A stretch of 64,000 nucleotides of DNA from Acidimicrobiia bacterium (GCA_030065575.1 JASJDZ010000006.1:21722-85721); one strand, 5' to 3'; counted from the first letter of the stretch, positions 39,688-49,180 are shown. A program made the numbers and translations. Notes: generated by a model from the sequence alone, not told the origin.

Positions 39688-41235
39688 CTACTTACGGCCG
39701 ATTCCCCGCTCTTTGAGTTCTTCGAGGATGGCCTCCAAAGACGCGTCGGCAGCGAAGGTCGGAACCTCTGTGGCTTCGTCTTCACGCTGGAACTCCCTGC
39801 GTCTTGGTCGGCTCGGTTGACGTCGCTGACTAAATGTCGAGCGCTCCTCCCACTCGGGGAGGGCCTGCTTGATTGACAGGCTTACCCGACGTCTGTCGGC
39901 ATCGATCTCCGTTACCTTTACCCGTACTTGCTGACCGATGGAAAGTTCTAGCTCAGGGCTCTCGACGTGGTGCAGTGCGATCTCCGACACATGGACGAGT
40001 CCTTCGACTCCTTCGCCCACGGCAATGAATGCACCGAACGGCACCGTCTTGGTGACTTCGCCATCGAGGATCGCGCCCAGGTCGGTGTCGCGGATGAACT
40101 CCTCCCAGGGATCTTCTCGGGTTTGACGAATGGAAAGCGAGATGCGCTCACGATCCCGATCCACTTCGAGGACCCGCACCTGAACCTTGTCGCCGACGGT
40201 GACAATCTCGCTCGGGTGGCTCACATGCTGCCAGGACAGCTCAGAGACGTGTACCAAACCGTCCATCCCGCCGAGGTCAACGAATGCCCCAAAGTTGACT
40301 ACCGAAGACACCACACCGTCGCGAACATCGCCGGGTTCCAAGTCGGAGAGGAAGGCCTGGCGCTGCTCGGCTTGTGCTTCCTCCAGGTGGGCGCGACGCG
40401 ACAGAACGACGTTGTTGCGGTTCTTGTCGAGCTCGATGACCTTGGCTTCGATTGTCTCGCCGATGAACGGAGCGAGATCGCGGACCCGACGGAGGTCAAC
40501 GAGCGATGCCGGCAGGAAGCCACGCAGGCCGATGTCAACGATCAATCCGCCCTTGACAACCTCGATGACCGGGCCGCTCACGGTGCCGCCTGCGTTCATG
40601 ACATTCTCAATCCTGCCCCACGCCCGCTCGTACTGAGCGCGCTTCTTGGACAGCACCAGGCGCCCCTGGTCGTCCTCCATCTGCAGAACCAGCGCCTCTA
40701 TGGGCTCGCCTTCTTTGACGACCTCGTCGGGGTTGACGTTGTTTCGGATGGAAAGCTCGTGAGACGGAATGACACCCTCTGCCTTGTAGCCGATATCGAC
40801 CAGAACCTCGTCGGGATCGACTCGCACAACGGTGCCGCCCACGATGTCGCCTTCCTTGAACTCGAACACGGTTCGCTCGATGACGGCAGCGAAGTCCTCT
40901 GCGCTCAGGTCATCGGCAACGTCGCCGATGTCGCGGGGCGCAGTGATCGCAGGACGGTCGCCGACGCTCGGTCGGGACTCCTTGTCCTCCTCGGTCTCCT
41001 CGACGGCGGTTGGCTCGGGAACCGCAGCCGTCTCGACCTCTGGAACTTCCTCAGGAGTTGCCACCGGTTCCGTCGCCTCAGCAGCTTCCGCCGCGTCGGG
41101 TGTCGATGCCTCCGCCACAGGTGCAGCGGGTGCCGTTTCGGAAGTCACCGGTGCGACTTCCTCTTTGGGGGTAGTAGGGATTCCCGTGCCCTCAGCTTCC
41201 GGCTGAGTCGGCTCGGTCGCCGTGTCGTCGGCCAT
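39688..41235 (-). CDS. rpsA: 30S ribosomal protein S1 with an acidic N-terminal extension of about 100 aa
   Basis: Four S1 domains (GDIVGGTVVRVDPDEVLVDIGYKAEGVIP; GTVSGPVIEVVKGGLIVDIGLRGFLPAS; GDVRDGVVSSVVNFGAFVDLGGMDGLVHVSE; GAILDGEVTKTVPFGAFIAVGEGVEGLVHVSE). It holds the conserved position next to polA. Confidence 0.93.
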   Translation of the reverse strand: MADDTATEPTQPEAEGTGIPTTPKEEVAPVTSETAPAAPVAEASTPDAAEAAEATEPVATPEEVPEVETAAVPEPTAVEETEEDKESRPSVGDRPAITAPRDIGDVADDLSAEDFAAVIERTVFEFKEGDIVGGTVVRVDPDEVLVDIGYKAEGVIPSHELSIRNNVNPDEVVKEGEPIEALVLQMEDDQGRLVLSKKRAQYERAWGRIENVMNAGGTVSGPVIEVVKGGLIVDIGLRGFLPASLVDLRRVRDLAPFIGETIEAKVIELDKNRNNVVLSRRAHLEEAQAEQRQAFLSDLEPGDVRDGVVSSVVNFGAFVDLGGMDGLVHVSELSWQHVSHPSEIVTVGDKVQVRVLEVDRDRERISLSIRQTREDPWEEFIRDTDLGAILDGEVTKTVPFGAFIAVGEGVEGLVHVSEIALHHVESPELELSIGQQVRVKVTEIDADRRRVSLSIKQALPEWEERSTFSQRRQPSRPRRREFQREDEATEVPTFAADASLEAILEELKERGIGRK

Positions 41236-41444
41236 GCGTGTACTTCAACTCCTTGAGAATGTGGATTTGCCTCCGGCGCGCGCGGGCGTAGAAGCGGTGG
41301 AGATGGTAGCACGCAAACCGGTACAGGAAGCAAGACAATCGTGTCCAGCGCCGCGTCGTGCTGCTTCAGGAGGCTAGTGCTCGCAATCGGCGGCTGCTAG
41401 AAGCAGCCTGGAGTTCGATGCGATCGAACTCCACTCTCGCACCC

Positions 41445-44084
41445 TTAATGCTCACAATCAGCGAGGGTTGCGCCGACGGCCGATTCGACCCGAAGCGGGA
41501 CCCGCAGTTCGACGATGCCTTCCATGACCCTGGTCGTGAGCTCAGTGACAACATCCAGCTCTCCGTCGGGCACTTCCAGCACCAGCTCATCGTGGATTTG
41601 CAGAAGCATCTCCGCCCCGAGATCTGCATCACGCAGCTCCTTCTCGAGCACCACCATCGCCTTCTTGATGATGTCGGCGGCCGAGCCCTGAATCGGGGCG
41701 TTGAGCGCCATGCGCTCGCCGGCCTGCCTCGTGCGGAAATTGCCGCTCGATAGCTCAGGCAGATAGCGGCGCCGTCCCAGGATGGTCGTGGTGTACCCCG
41801 ACTCCCTGGCGGCCACCACTATCCCCTGCATGAACTCGCGCACTTCTGGAAAGCGATCGAAATACACATCGATGTGTTCCTGGGCTTCCTGGCGGCCGAT
41901 CTCGAGCCGCTGGGCAAGCCCGTACGCCTCCATGCCGTAAAGCAGTCCAAAGTTGATCATCTTGGCTCGTCGCCGTTGCTCCATCGTCACCTCGTCGATG
42001 GCAACGCCGTTGACATTGGCTGCGGTGGCGGCGTGGATGTCGAGATTCTCCCTGAATGCGTCGACCAGTCCCGGATCACCGGAGAGATGCGCCAATATCC
42101 GCAGCTCGATCTGGCTGTAGTCGGCTACGAGGAATTGATGACCGGGCGCCGCAACGAAGGCCTTACGGATAGCTCGACCCTCCGCCGAGCGCACCGGGAT
42201 GTTCTGGAGATTCGGCTGCTCCTGGGAAAGACGCCCGGTGGCTGCCGCCATCTGATTGAAGCGGCCTCGCACTCGACCGTCCACCTCGATCAAGGGCAAC
42301 AGCGCATCGACGTATGTCGAACGGAGCTTCTCGAGTTCCCGGTACGTGAGCAGGTCGTCAACTATCGGATGCTCCGCACGCAGCTTCCCGAGAACAGAGG
42401 CGTCAGTACTCGGGACCCCCTTCGGCGTCTTCTTGAGGACCGGCAGTTCGAGGCGTTCGTAGAGAACCTCACGGAGCTGGAGAGTCGAGTTGACGTTGAA
42501 CGGACCGCCAGCTGCGTCGTGGATCGACTGCTCGAGAGCCCCCAGCCGTTGGCGCAGATCTGCCCCGAATTCCTCGAGGAACCCCCGGTCTACGCCAACT
42601 CCCGTTGCCTCCATGCGAGCGAGAATGGCGACCAGCGGCAGCTCCACCGTGTGGAACAGGTCCACCTCGCCCCGCGCCTCGAGTTGCTCCTGGAGCGGCG
42701 CAACCAGCTGATGAACCGCCGCGGCGCGCCTGCCGGCGTTCGCTAGATCGGGGCCACTCGACCCCTCGAAGTCGAATGCACCTTGCGCTGAAGCATCGGG
42801 CTCCTCACTTCCGGTTACCGCAATGCCCAGCTCCCGGTACGCCAGGTCCTCCAGGTCGGGAACACGCTGTCCGGGGTTGATCACATATCCGGCCAGCGCA
42901 GTGTCGAACTTCAGCCTGGGAGCGTCAGCCCCCGCCTCATGGAGCGCCCGGATGAGCGATTTTGCGTCATGAGCAGCGAACCCCGGCCCGTCACCGATCG
43001 CGGCAACCAGTTCTCCCAGGAGCATCTCCGGAACGTAGGTGGCGCTTTCAGCCCGGCTGGTGGCAACGACACCCTGGATGCCATCGGCGTCCCATATCGG
43101 CTCGAGTGCGACCGTACCGTCGGCGACTACAGCACGAACCTGGGCGACCGTGCCGGCCGTGGAGATGTCCATCTCCACGCTCCTCAGCTCGTCGGCGTGG
43201 TAGCCCCCGAGCTCCATCAGGCGTTCCCAGACGTCGCGGAAAGCGAGACCTTCGAACACTGTGCGAACCTCGTCGCGTTCCCATTCCTGCAGACGGAACA
43301 GCTCCGGGCTCGGGGGCTCGTCGATCTCGGCGATCTCGACATCCGGCATCATCTGCATGAGGTCGAGGTTCAGATGGACCTGATCTTGGTGCGCCTCTAG
43401 ATTCTCGCGAAGCTTGGGCGTCTGCTCATCGAGGTGTTCGTAGATACCGGCAACGCTGCCATACTCCGCGATGAGCCGGGAGGCCGTCTTCTCCCCTACG
43501 CCGGGTACCCCGGGGAGGTTGTCGGAGTTGTCACCGCGTAGCGCTGCGTAGTCCCGATACTGGCGCGGCGTTATGCCGTACCTGTCTTGTATCCACTGCG
43601 GCGATGCGTTCACGACATCGGAAATGCCGCGTCGGGTGTAGAGCACCGTGACGTCGCTATCGACAAGTTGGAAGCTGTCGCGGTCCCCGGTCACGATCAG
43701 TACTTGCCACGACTCGTCGCGCGCCTGCCCGGTGACCGTTGCAATCACGTCGTCGGCTTCGTAGCCGGGCGAGGTCAGCTGTCGGATCTTGAGTACGTCG
43801 AGAACCTCCCTTATGAGTGGGAGTTGGCTCGCAAAGAGGTCTGGGGGAGATTCCCGCTGTGCTTTGTAGTCGGGATACTTCTCCCGGCGCAGATTCGGCC
43901 CACGCACATCCCAAGCCACTGCGATGGCATCGGGCTTTTCCTCGCGCAGCAGTCGCACCAGCATGTTCGTGAAACCGAGCACCGCATTGGTGACCTGCCC
44001 CGCCGGTGTGGCGAGATCGGACGGCAGCGCATAGAACGCCCGGTAGGCGAGGCTGTGCCCATCGAGAAGAGCGAGAGTCGGCAT
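41445..44084 (-). CDS. polA: DNA polymerase I
   Basis: 5'-3' exonuclease N-terminus (MPTLALLDGHSLAYRAFYAL). Polymerase motifs A (LVADYSQIELRILAH), B (RRRAKMINFGLLYG) and C (LQIHDELVLE). ATG at 44084 avoids overlap with the upstream gene. Confidence 0.95.
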   Translation of the reverse strand: MPTLALLDGHSLAYRAFYALPSDLATPAGQVTNAVLGFTNMLVRLLREEKPDAIAVAWDVRGPNLRREKYPDYKAQRESPPDLFASQLPLIREVLDVLKIRQLTSPGYEADDVIATVTGQARDESWQVLIVTGDRDSFQLVDSDVTVLYTRRGISDVVNASPQWIQDRYGITPRQYRDYAALRGDNSDNLPGVPGVGEKTASRLIAEYGSVAGIYEHLDEQTPKLRENLEAHQDQVHLNLDLMQMMPDVEIAEIDEPPSPELFRLQEWERDEVRTVFEGLAFRDVWERLMELGGYHADELRSVEMDISTAGTVAQVRAVVADGTVALEPIWDADGIQGVVATSRAESATYVPEMLLGELVAAIGDGPGFAAHDAKSLIRALHEAGADAPRLKFDTALAGYVINPGQRVPDLEDLAYRELGIAVTGSEEPDASAQGAFDFEGSSGPDLANAGRRAAAVHQLVAPLQEQLEARGEVDLFHTVELPLVAILARMEATGVGVDRGFLEEFGADLRQRLGALEQSIHDAAGGPFNVNSTLQLREVLYERLELPVLKKTPKGVPSTDASVLGKLRAEHPIVDDLLTYRELEKLRSTYVDALLPLIEVDGRVRGRFNQMAAATGRLSQEQPNLQNIPVRSAEGRAIRKAFVAAPGHQFLVADYSQIELRILAHLSGDPGLVDAFRENLDIHAATAANVNGVAIDEVTMEQRRRAKMINFGLLYGMEAYGLAQRLEIGRQEAQEHIDVYFDRFPEVREFMQGIVVAARESGYTTTILGRRRYLPELSSGNFRTRQAGERMALNAPIQGSAADIIKKAMVVLEKELRDADLGAEMLLQIHDELVLEVPDGELDVVTELTTRVMEGIVELRVPLRVESAVGATLADCEH

Positions 44085-44137
44085 CCCCTGATCGTAACGT
44101 GTCAGTGAATGCAGCACCGCCTGCGGCGATGGTTGGG

Positions 44138-45709
44138 CTATTCGACCAGAGCTACCGGATTGCCCTCGATCCTTGCGGACCACGTAGTGGTGTCATTCGC
44201 ACCACCGGGGTACGTCACCTCGATCTGCCACCAGCAATCTGAAGAACATGTGTAGTCATCGGGGATGTGGACCCTGATCTCCAGCTGACTGTTGTGGAAG
44301 GTGCTCGGTGCGTAGTTGATGTCGCACGCCGCCAGTGTGGTGCCGGCCTGTCCGATCTTGTTCCAGGTACACGGTGGCAGTGTGCCGTCTGGCATGATGA
44401 TTTCTGTTCCGGCGTTGCCGGAGTCCGGGTCCCAGAGCTCGATGACCAGATCCTTGCCGGCGTGTACGTCCTGGACTTCGGCGAGATCCAAAGTGGCCTG
44501 GTTGCCGTCGAAGTTCACGTATACCGCCATGTCGCCCAGGCCGTACACCCGTGGCTGGGTGCCGGAGGTAGAGGCACGGATTGAGTACCGGTTCAGACCT
44601 CGTTCATCGTCGGAGCCAGGATCGTCGATGACTACTCGCAGCGGGTAGATTCCGGGCCCATTGCTGTAGGTCGTGCCACAGATTCGATCCCAGAGCGAGG
44701 AAATGCCACCGGGGACGCCCATCTCGACGTCGTCCCAGTCGAGGTCGCCGTCGCCATCTTGATCGTCGCCACCATTGACGTTTCCGTCACCGTTGAAGTC
44801 GGCAAAGCTGTCCTGCGGTGCGTATTGCCACGAGCACAAGACGGTGTTGTCGGTCGTATTGAGCGGCGTCGGATCCGGGGCGTAGAGAATGAACCAGGTG
44901 TTGGGGCCGGGGCTGCTCCCTTGCTCGTTGTCACCGACGAGAACGCTGTCTCCACCCCCGCGGTAGAAGGGTCCATCGAAGACCTCAACAGCGAGGTTGG
45001 TCGCGCCGGCGTCGACCTCGATCCCGTACACATATCCGCCGCTGACCGGTATCCCTCCATCGTAAGTGGTCTGCCGAGCCTCAGGATTGGGATTGGACGT
45101 GAGACAGGAGATCGTCGAACTCCCCTGTCGACACTGCGAGGAGTAGCGATCGCCCATCTGCTGACCCGTGTAGTAGCCATGGATGTTTGCCCAGAACTTC
45201 GGACTGCGCGAAGGATCGCTGGGATCCTCTCCGAAGTAGGGCAGATCGCTGCCCATTGGCAACGGGAGGACATACTCGGCCACGGCGCGACGAGTTACCG
45301 AGATGGAGTCGACCCCGAATACCCGCATGAAGAATGTCTCGACCGAGTGACTGATGGTCACTTCGAGCTGATATGGGTTGTCAACCGCGGTTGCGTCCTC
45401 TGTGTAGTCAACGGGAGTGACTGTGGTACCTCCGAGAGCGTCGTTGTAGCCGTTCTCGGCGGCCGACCGTCTCGCTTCCTGGTACGCGGTTGTTTGGTCG
45501 CCGGGCTCGTAGACCACACCGGCAAGGGCTGCGGCATCAGCCCCGTGCTGAATCCTGATCCCGTTGAGGTAGAGCCAGCCGAAGTCAACTGCAAAGGCGG
45601 CAAAGCCGATCAGGATCGTCATCGATACGGCCACCAGAACAATGGCGGCGCCCGACTCGGGATCAAGCCCAACCTTGGTTGAGAGACGATTGCGGAGCCG
45701 GCTGATCAC
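44138..45709 (-). CDS. TadG-like large minor-pilin/adhesin candidate (Tad_N N-terminus)
   Basis: N-terminus ESGAAIVLVAVSMTILIGFAAFAVDFGWLYLNGIRIQHGADAAALAG and ETFFMRVFG are typical of TadE/G-like pilus-assembly proteins. They are followed by a beta-rich region of about 400 aa with a D/G/N-rich insert. Confidence 0.7.
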   Translation of the reverse strand: MISRLRNRLSTKVGLDPESGAAIVLVAVSMTILIGFAAFAVDFGWLYLNGIRIQHGADAAALAGVVYEPGDQTTAYQEARRSAAENGYNDALGGTTVTPVDYTEDATAVDNPYQLEVTISHSVETFFMRVFGVDSISVTRRAVAEYVLPLPMGSDLPYFGEDPSDPSRSPKFWANIHGYYTGQQMGDRYSSQCRQGSSTISCLTSNPNPEARQTTYDGGIPVSGGYVYGIEVDAGATNLAVEVFDGPFYRGGGDSVLVGDNEQGSSPGPNTWFILYAPDPTPLNTTDNTVLCSWQYAPQDSFADFNGDGNVNGGDDQDGDGDLDWDDVEMGVPGGISSLWDRICGTTYSNGPGIYPLRVVIDDPGSDDERGLNRYSIRASTSGTQPRVYGLGDMAVYVNFDGNQATLDLAEVQDVHAGKDLVIELWDPDSGNAGTEIIMPDGTLPPCTWNKIGQAGTTLAACDINYAPSTFHNSQLEIRVHIPDDYTCSSDCWWQIEVTYPGGANDTTTWSARIEGNPVALVE

Positions 45710-46284
45710 GTGGATGACCCAAACACGTCGGGCTCGAGGCGTACCAGCGCACGTTCGGTGAAGTCACGCTCGAGGAACGGGAGGATGTTGGTCACCGGGG
45801 TGTGGCGGTAGGTGACCTCGACACCGAGCACGTCGAGACCCCCACCCCCGGGATTCAGTTCCGTGTCGCGGCTAGTTGGGTCCCAGCCGCCGGCGAAACC
45901 AACGAACCCGCCGTGACTCGGATCCGGGCACGGTATCCACTTGCAGGTCGGATCAGTGCCATCGAAGAGGTAGAAGTTGGACGGACCCGTGTTGATCCCG
46001 GTAATCGGATCGGCCTTGAAGATCTCAACGGAGATGATGACGCCGATGTCGACCTGGTCATACAGCCCTACCTCGAGGGCCTCCAAGATACGGATGTCTG
46101 CTTCGAGTTCGGTTCCCATGGTTGCCCCCGTGCGGCCTGCCGATGCCGCAGCCGAGGCAATAGTGAGCCGCTCCTTGAATGCGAGCCCGAACTCGAGCGA
46201 GCCAAAGATCAGCAAGACCAGCACAGGAAGCACAAACGCCATCTCAACCAGCGTTGCGCCTTCTTCTCGGTTCAGCCTCTTCAT
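45706..46284 (-). CDS. TadE-like pseudopilin
   Basis: MKRLNREEGATLVEMAFVLPVLVLLIFGSLEFGLAF is the TadE-like motif. ATG at 46284 has a G-rich SD upstream. It has a 4-nt overlap with the downstream TadG-like gene. Confidence 0.75.
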   Translation of the reverse strand: MKRLNREEGATLVEMAFVLPVLVLLIFGSLEFGLAFKERLTIASAAASAGRTGATMGTELEADIRILEALEVGLYDQVDIGVIISVEIFKADPITGINTGPSNFYLFDGTDPTCKWIPCPDPSHGGFVGFAGGWDPTSRDTELNPGGGGLDVLGVEVTYRHTPVTNILPFLERDFTERALVRLEPDVFGSST

Positions 46285-46502
46285 CGTTTTCCCGCCCCTC
46301 AACTTCCGAATGCACCAGCGGCTACGCAAAGTAGCTGTCCCACCACTCTTGGTGAGTATATGCGAACATCGTTGTGTTGGCTAGGGACAACCATGAGGTT
46401 TGATCGGCACGAGCGGCATCGGACTTTCGCCCATTTCTCGGATAGTCACGATGACTAGTCCCTCGAGCCGAGGGATCGATCAGGAAATCACGTCGGCTTT
46501 GA

Positions 46503-48005
46503 TCAGGGAACTAGGTGGATGGGTTGGCCATTGACCGTCGCCGTCCATGTCGTGCGCTCGGTGACATCTGCGGTCGCAGACATCGTGTACTGCACGTTTA
46601 CCCAACAGTCGCCCGAGCACGTATAGGTTGGCGGAACCGCAAACTTCAGCTCGATCCAGTCGCCGTTGTAGCGCTGGCCTGATGCTTCTATCTCACAAGG
46701 CGCAGACCCCGGCGAGTCGTCGCTGCCCCACGCGCCACCATTAACGCTGATCTCGCAGTCCATACCGGAAACCTCGCCACCGAAGCGCAACCAGGCTGTT
46801 CCGTTGTACACGTCGCCGACGTCGTAGAGCCCGATGATGAGATCGCTGTTGGCGTACTGCTCCTCGAGCTTGGCAATCTTGAACGTCGGAGTGGCACCGG
46901 GGTCCCGCATGTCGAGCGACAGGGCACCCAGGCCGTACAGCTGCACCGGGTTGTTGGGAGGATCGAAATTGCCGTTGTAGGTAGTACGCAAGGTGTACGT
47001 GCTGATAGCCCGCCGGTTGCCACCGGTTGAGACCGCCAGCACGTAGATGCCTGACTGGGCGTTGCTCACCGTGCAGACCGTGGTCCAGCGTTGCACGTCA
47101 CCGGTATTACTGGTTTGGTCGTCGAAGTCGCGGAAGCATGATCCGCCGCCAGCAACTGTGGAGTTATCGGTCCAGTTGTTGGGCGTGTCATCCGGCTCGT
47201 AGAGAATGAAATCGAGATCCCAGCTGCCCACACCGGAGGGATTGATCCGGTCGCCCGTGGCCCAGACGTTGCCACTGTCGTAGTCATCCCGGTTGTCATG
47301 CCAATGGTCACCGTCATAGACCTGGACGGTGAGCGAACCACCACCCTGACCGTGAGGGACCTCTACCGCGTAGTAGTACGCCGGGTCGCGGAACTCGCTG
47401 TTGGTGGCTCCGCTGCAGCCGGCACCAACACGATGCGGCGAATAGGGATCACCGTTCGACTTGAGCTCGCAGTCTCCGTTGATTGCAGCCCAGAAGTACT
47501 CCACGATGCCCCGCTCTGGATCATTGCCGAGGGAGGGCTCATCGCTTCCCAGTTTCAGTGGCGGCAACTGCTCGGCGGTTGCGGTCTCGGAGATGCTGAA
47601 GCTATTGCGGCCGAAGACCCTCATGAAGAACGTCTCGACCGTCGTGCCGACGGTGACGCTCAGCTGATTGCAGTTCGCACCGGTTGCGGTTGCGACGCTG
47701 GCATTACCGCCGTGGTTGTAACCGTGAGTGACCGCCAGTTCGAGCGCAACAGTGTTTGGCTCGGTGCCTAGCACCGGGTCGGAACAGCCGGGCAGCGGCA
47801 TATGGACGACACCGGCGAGGGCGGAAGCTTCCGCAGCCTTGCGCACGTCAAGCTGCTTGTAATAGAGCCATCCGAGGTCGATAGCGAAGGCCGCCATCCC
47901 CATGAGGACAACCATTGCCAGCGAGGTCAGCACGAGAACGACGCCGTTTTCCCCGTCTTCCTTGAAGAAGCGGCGCACGATGGGCAGTCTGCTGAACAAC
48001 TTCAT
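46503..48005 (-). CDS. TadG-like large minor-pilin/adhesin candidate, paralog of 44138..45709
   Basis: N-terminus ENGVVLVLTSLAMVVLMGMAAFAIDLGWLYYKQLDVRKAAEASALAG and ETFFMRVFG. It is colinear with the paralog down to the C-terminal YTCSGDCW...TTWTATVNGQPIHLV. Confidence 0.7.
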   Translation of the reverse strand: MKLFSRLPIVRRFFKEDGENGVVLVLTSLAMVVLMGMAAFAIDLGWLYYKQLDVRKAAEASALAGVVHMPLPGCSDPVLGTEPNTVALELAVTHGYNHGGNASVATATGANCNQLSVTVGTTVETFFMRVFGRNSFSISETATAEQLPPLKLGSDEPSLGNDPERGIVEYFWAAINGDCELKSNGDPYSPHRVGAGCSGATNSEFRDPAYYYAVEVPHGQGGGSLTVQVYDGDHWHDNRDDYDSGNVWATGDRINPSGVGSWDLDFILYEPDDTPNNWTDNSTVAGGGSCFRDFDDQTSNTGDVQRWTTVCTVSNAQSGIYVLAVSTGGNRRAISTYTLRTTYNGNFDPPNNPVQLYGLGALSLDMRDPGATPTFKIAKLEEQYANSDLIIGLYDVGDVYNGTAWLRFGGEVSGMDCEISVNGGAWGSDDSPGSAPCEIEASGQRYNGDWIELKFAVPPTYTCSGDCWVNVQYTMSATADVTERTTWTATVNGQPIHLVP

Positions 48006-48015
48006 TTCCGACCCC

Positions 48016-48642
48016 CTAGAACTGTTGCGGCTCCATGCGCATCGTTGTCCGGTCTACCCAGCAGTCCCCGGGAGGTGACGAGCAGTCCACGCTGGGGAGC
48101 GGAAGCAGACCGTCGGCGATCCATTCATGCGAGAACACGATGTCGATGCCCATGACGTCGAGGCTCCCAACCGCGACATTGCGCGCAGACGGAACCCAGC
48201 TGCCACCGTAGCCCCCGGAACCATCCATGCCGGGACATGGGCTCCAATCGCATAGGGGGCCCGGTCCATCTTGAAAGACGTAGGTATACCGGACACAGTC
48301 GCCGCCGGGGCACCCTCCTACGGGATCACCATTCGCATTGGCCCGGTAAATGTCGACGTACTTCACCACGCCGACACCACTGCTAGGCAGGTTGGCCAGG
48401 GTCTGCTCGAGTGCATTGAGCATGACCTGATCCGCCTCGGGCTCGTTGCCGACGGCGGTTCCGACGCGAGCGGCGGTCTGGCCGGCGTTGCCGATAGTGA
48501 GCCGATCGCGGAAGGCGAGCCCAAATTCAATGATCCCGAAAACGAGGGTCAGGAGCAGCACAGCGACAAGAGCGAACTCCACCATCGAAGAACCATGCTC
48601 CCCCCGTCGGAGCTGGCGCACTAGGTCAACAAAACTACGCAT
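48016..48642 (-). CDS. TadE-like pseudopilin
   Basis: MRSFVDLVRQLRRGEHGSSMVEFALVAVLLLTLVFGIIEFGLAF. ATG at 48642 has AGGAA 5 nt upstream. The track ORF reaches 48756. Confidence 0.7.
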   Translation of the reverse strand: MRSFVDLVRQLRRGEHGSSMVEFALVAVLLLTLVFGIIEFGLAFRDRLTIGNAGQTAARVGTAVGNEPEADQVMLNALEQTLANLPSSGVGVVKYVDIYRANANGDPVGGCPGGDCVRYTYVFQDGPGPLCDWSPCPGMDGSGGYGGSWVPSARNVAVGSLDVMGIDIVFSHEWIADGLLPLPSVDCSSPPGDCWVDRTTMRMEPQQF

Positions 48643-48771
48643 GGTATTCCTATGACTACGCTTCGTGACGGCCATTGTACAGTCCCACCGCCCGCTTGAC
48701 CAGGTAATTCTAAGGCGGTAGCCAACCTTCGGATACGCGAACGGGGATAGATCCACAACCCCCTCAACTGA

Positions 48772-49050
48772 CTAGTTCTTCAGCCGCGCCAGGAGCTTCG
48801 TTCGCTTTGCCTCCAGCTTCAGCCTCTTCCGCCTCAGGTCGTCGACATGCTTCGAGAATCGAGCCACGTCGCTCGCCGTCTCCCGAGCATCAGCCCGATC
48901 GATCGGGCTACCGCTCACCGCCGCATCGCGCTGCGTATCGTCGTTGAGGTGCTCGTGATAGATGAGTTCCTCCGCCGCCAGTGTCTCGGCTCGTTCCAAA
49001 GCGGCGATCTCATCGGAGAGCTTGAAGAGCTTGCGTTCAATTCGCTTCAT
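48772..49050 (-). CDS. Hypothetical small coiled-coil protein
   Basis: 92-aa ORF with charged heptad-like ends (KRIERKLFKLSDEIAALERAE..., DLRRKRLKLEAKRTKLLARLK). No motif recognised. Confidence 0.4.
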   Translation of the reverse strand: MKRIERKLFKLSDEIAALERAETLAAEELIYHEHLNDDTQRDAAVSGSPIDRADARETASDVARFSKHVDDLRRKRLKLEAKRTKLLARLKN

Positions 49051-49095
49051 GAAGCAGTGAGTCTACGATGCCTGGTCGAGACTGATAGGTCATCT

Positions 49096-49179
49096 GCCGG
49101 GATGGCGAAATTGGTAGACGCGACGGACTCAAAATCCGTTGGGTGAAAACCCGTGGGGGTTCGAGTCCCCCTCCCGGTA
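49096..49179 (+). tRNA. tRNA-Leu (anticodon CAA), class II
   Basis: GCCGGGATGGCGAAATTGGTAGACGCGACGGACTCAAAATCCGTTGGGTGAAAACCCGTGGGGGTTCGAGTCCCCCTCCCGGTA. Acceptor GCCGGGA/TCCCGGT (G1-U72), anticodon stem ACGGA/TCCGT with loop CTCAAAA, variable hairpin GGGT/ACCC, and T-arm GGGGG-TTCGAGT-CCCCC. CCA is not encoded. Confidence 0.9.
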
Positions 49180-49180
49180 C

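Noticed and set aside
39967-41256. 429-aa plus-strand ORF
   Set aside because: It is antisense to rpsA. Its composition (Arg/Leu/Asp/His-rich) is typical of a shadow frame.
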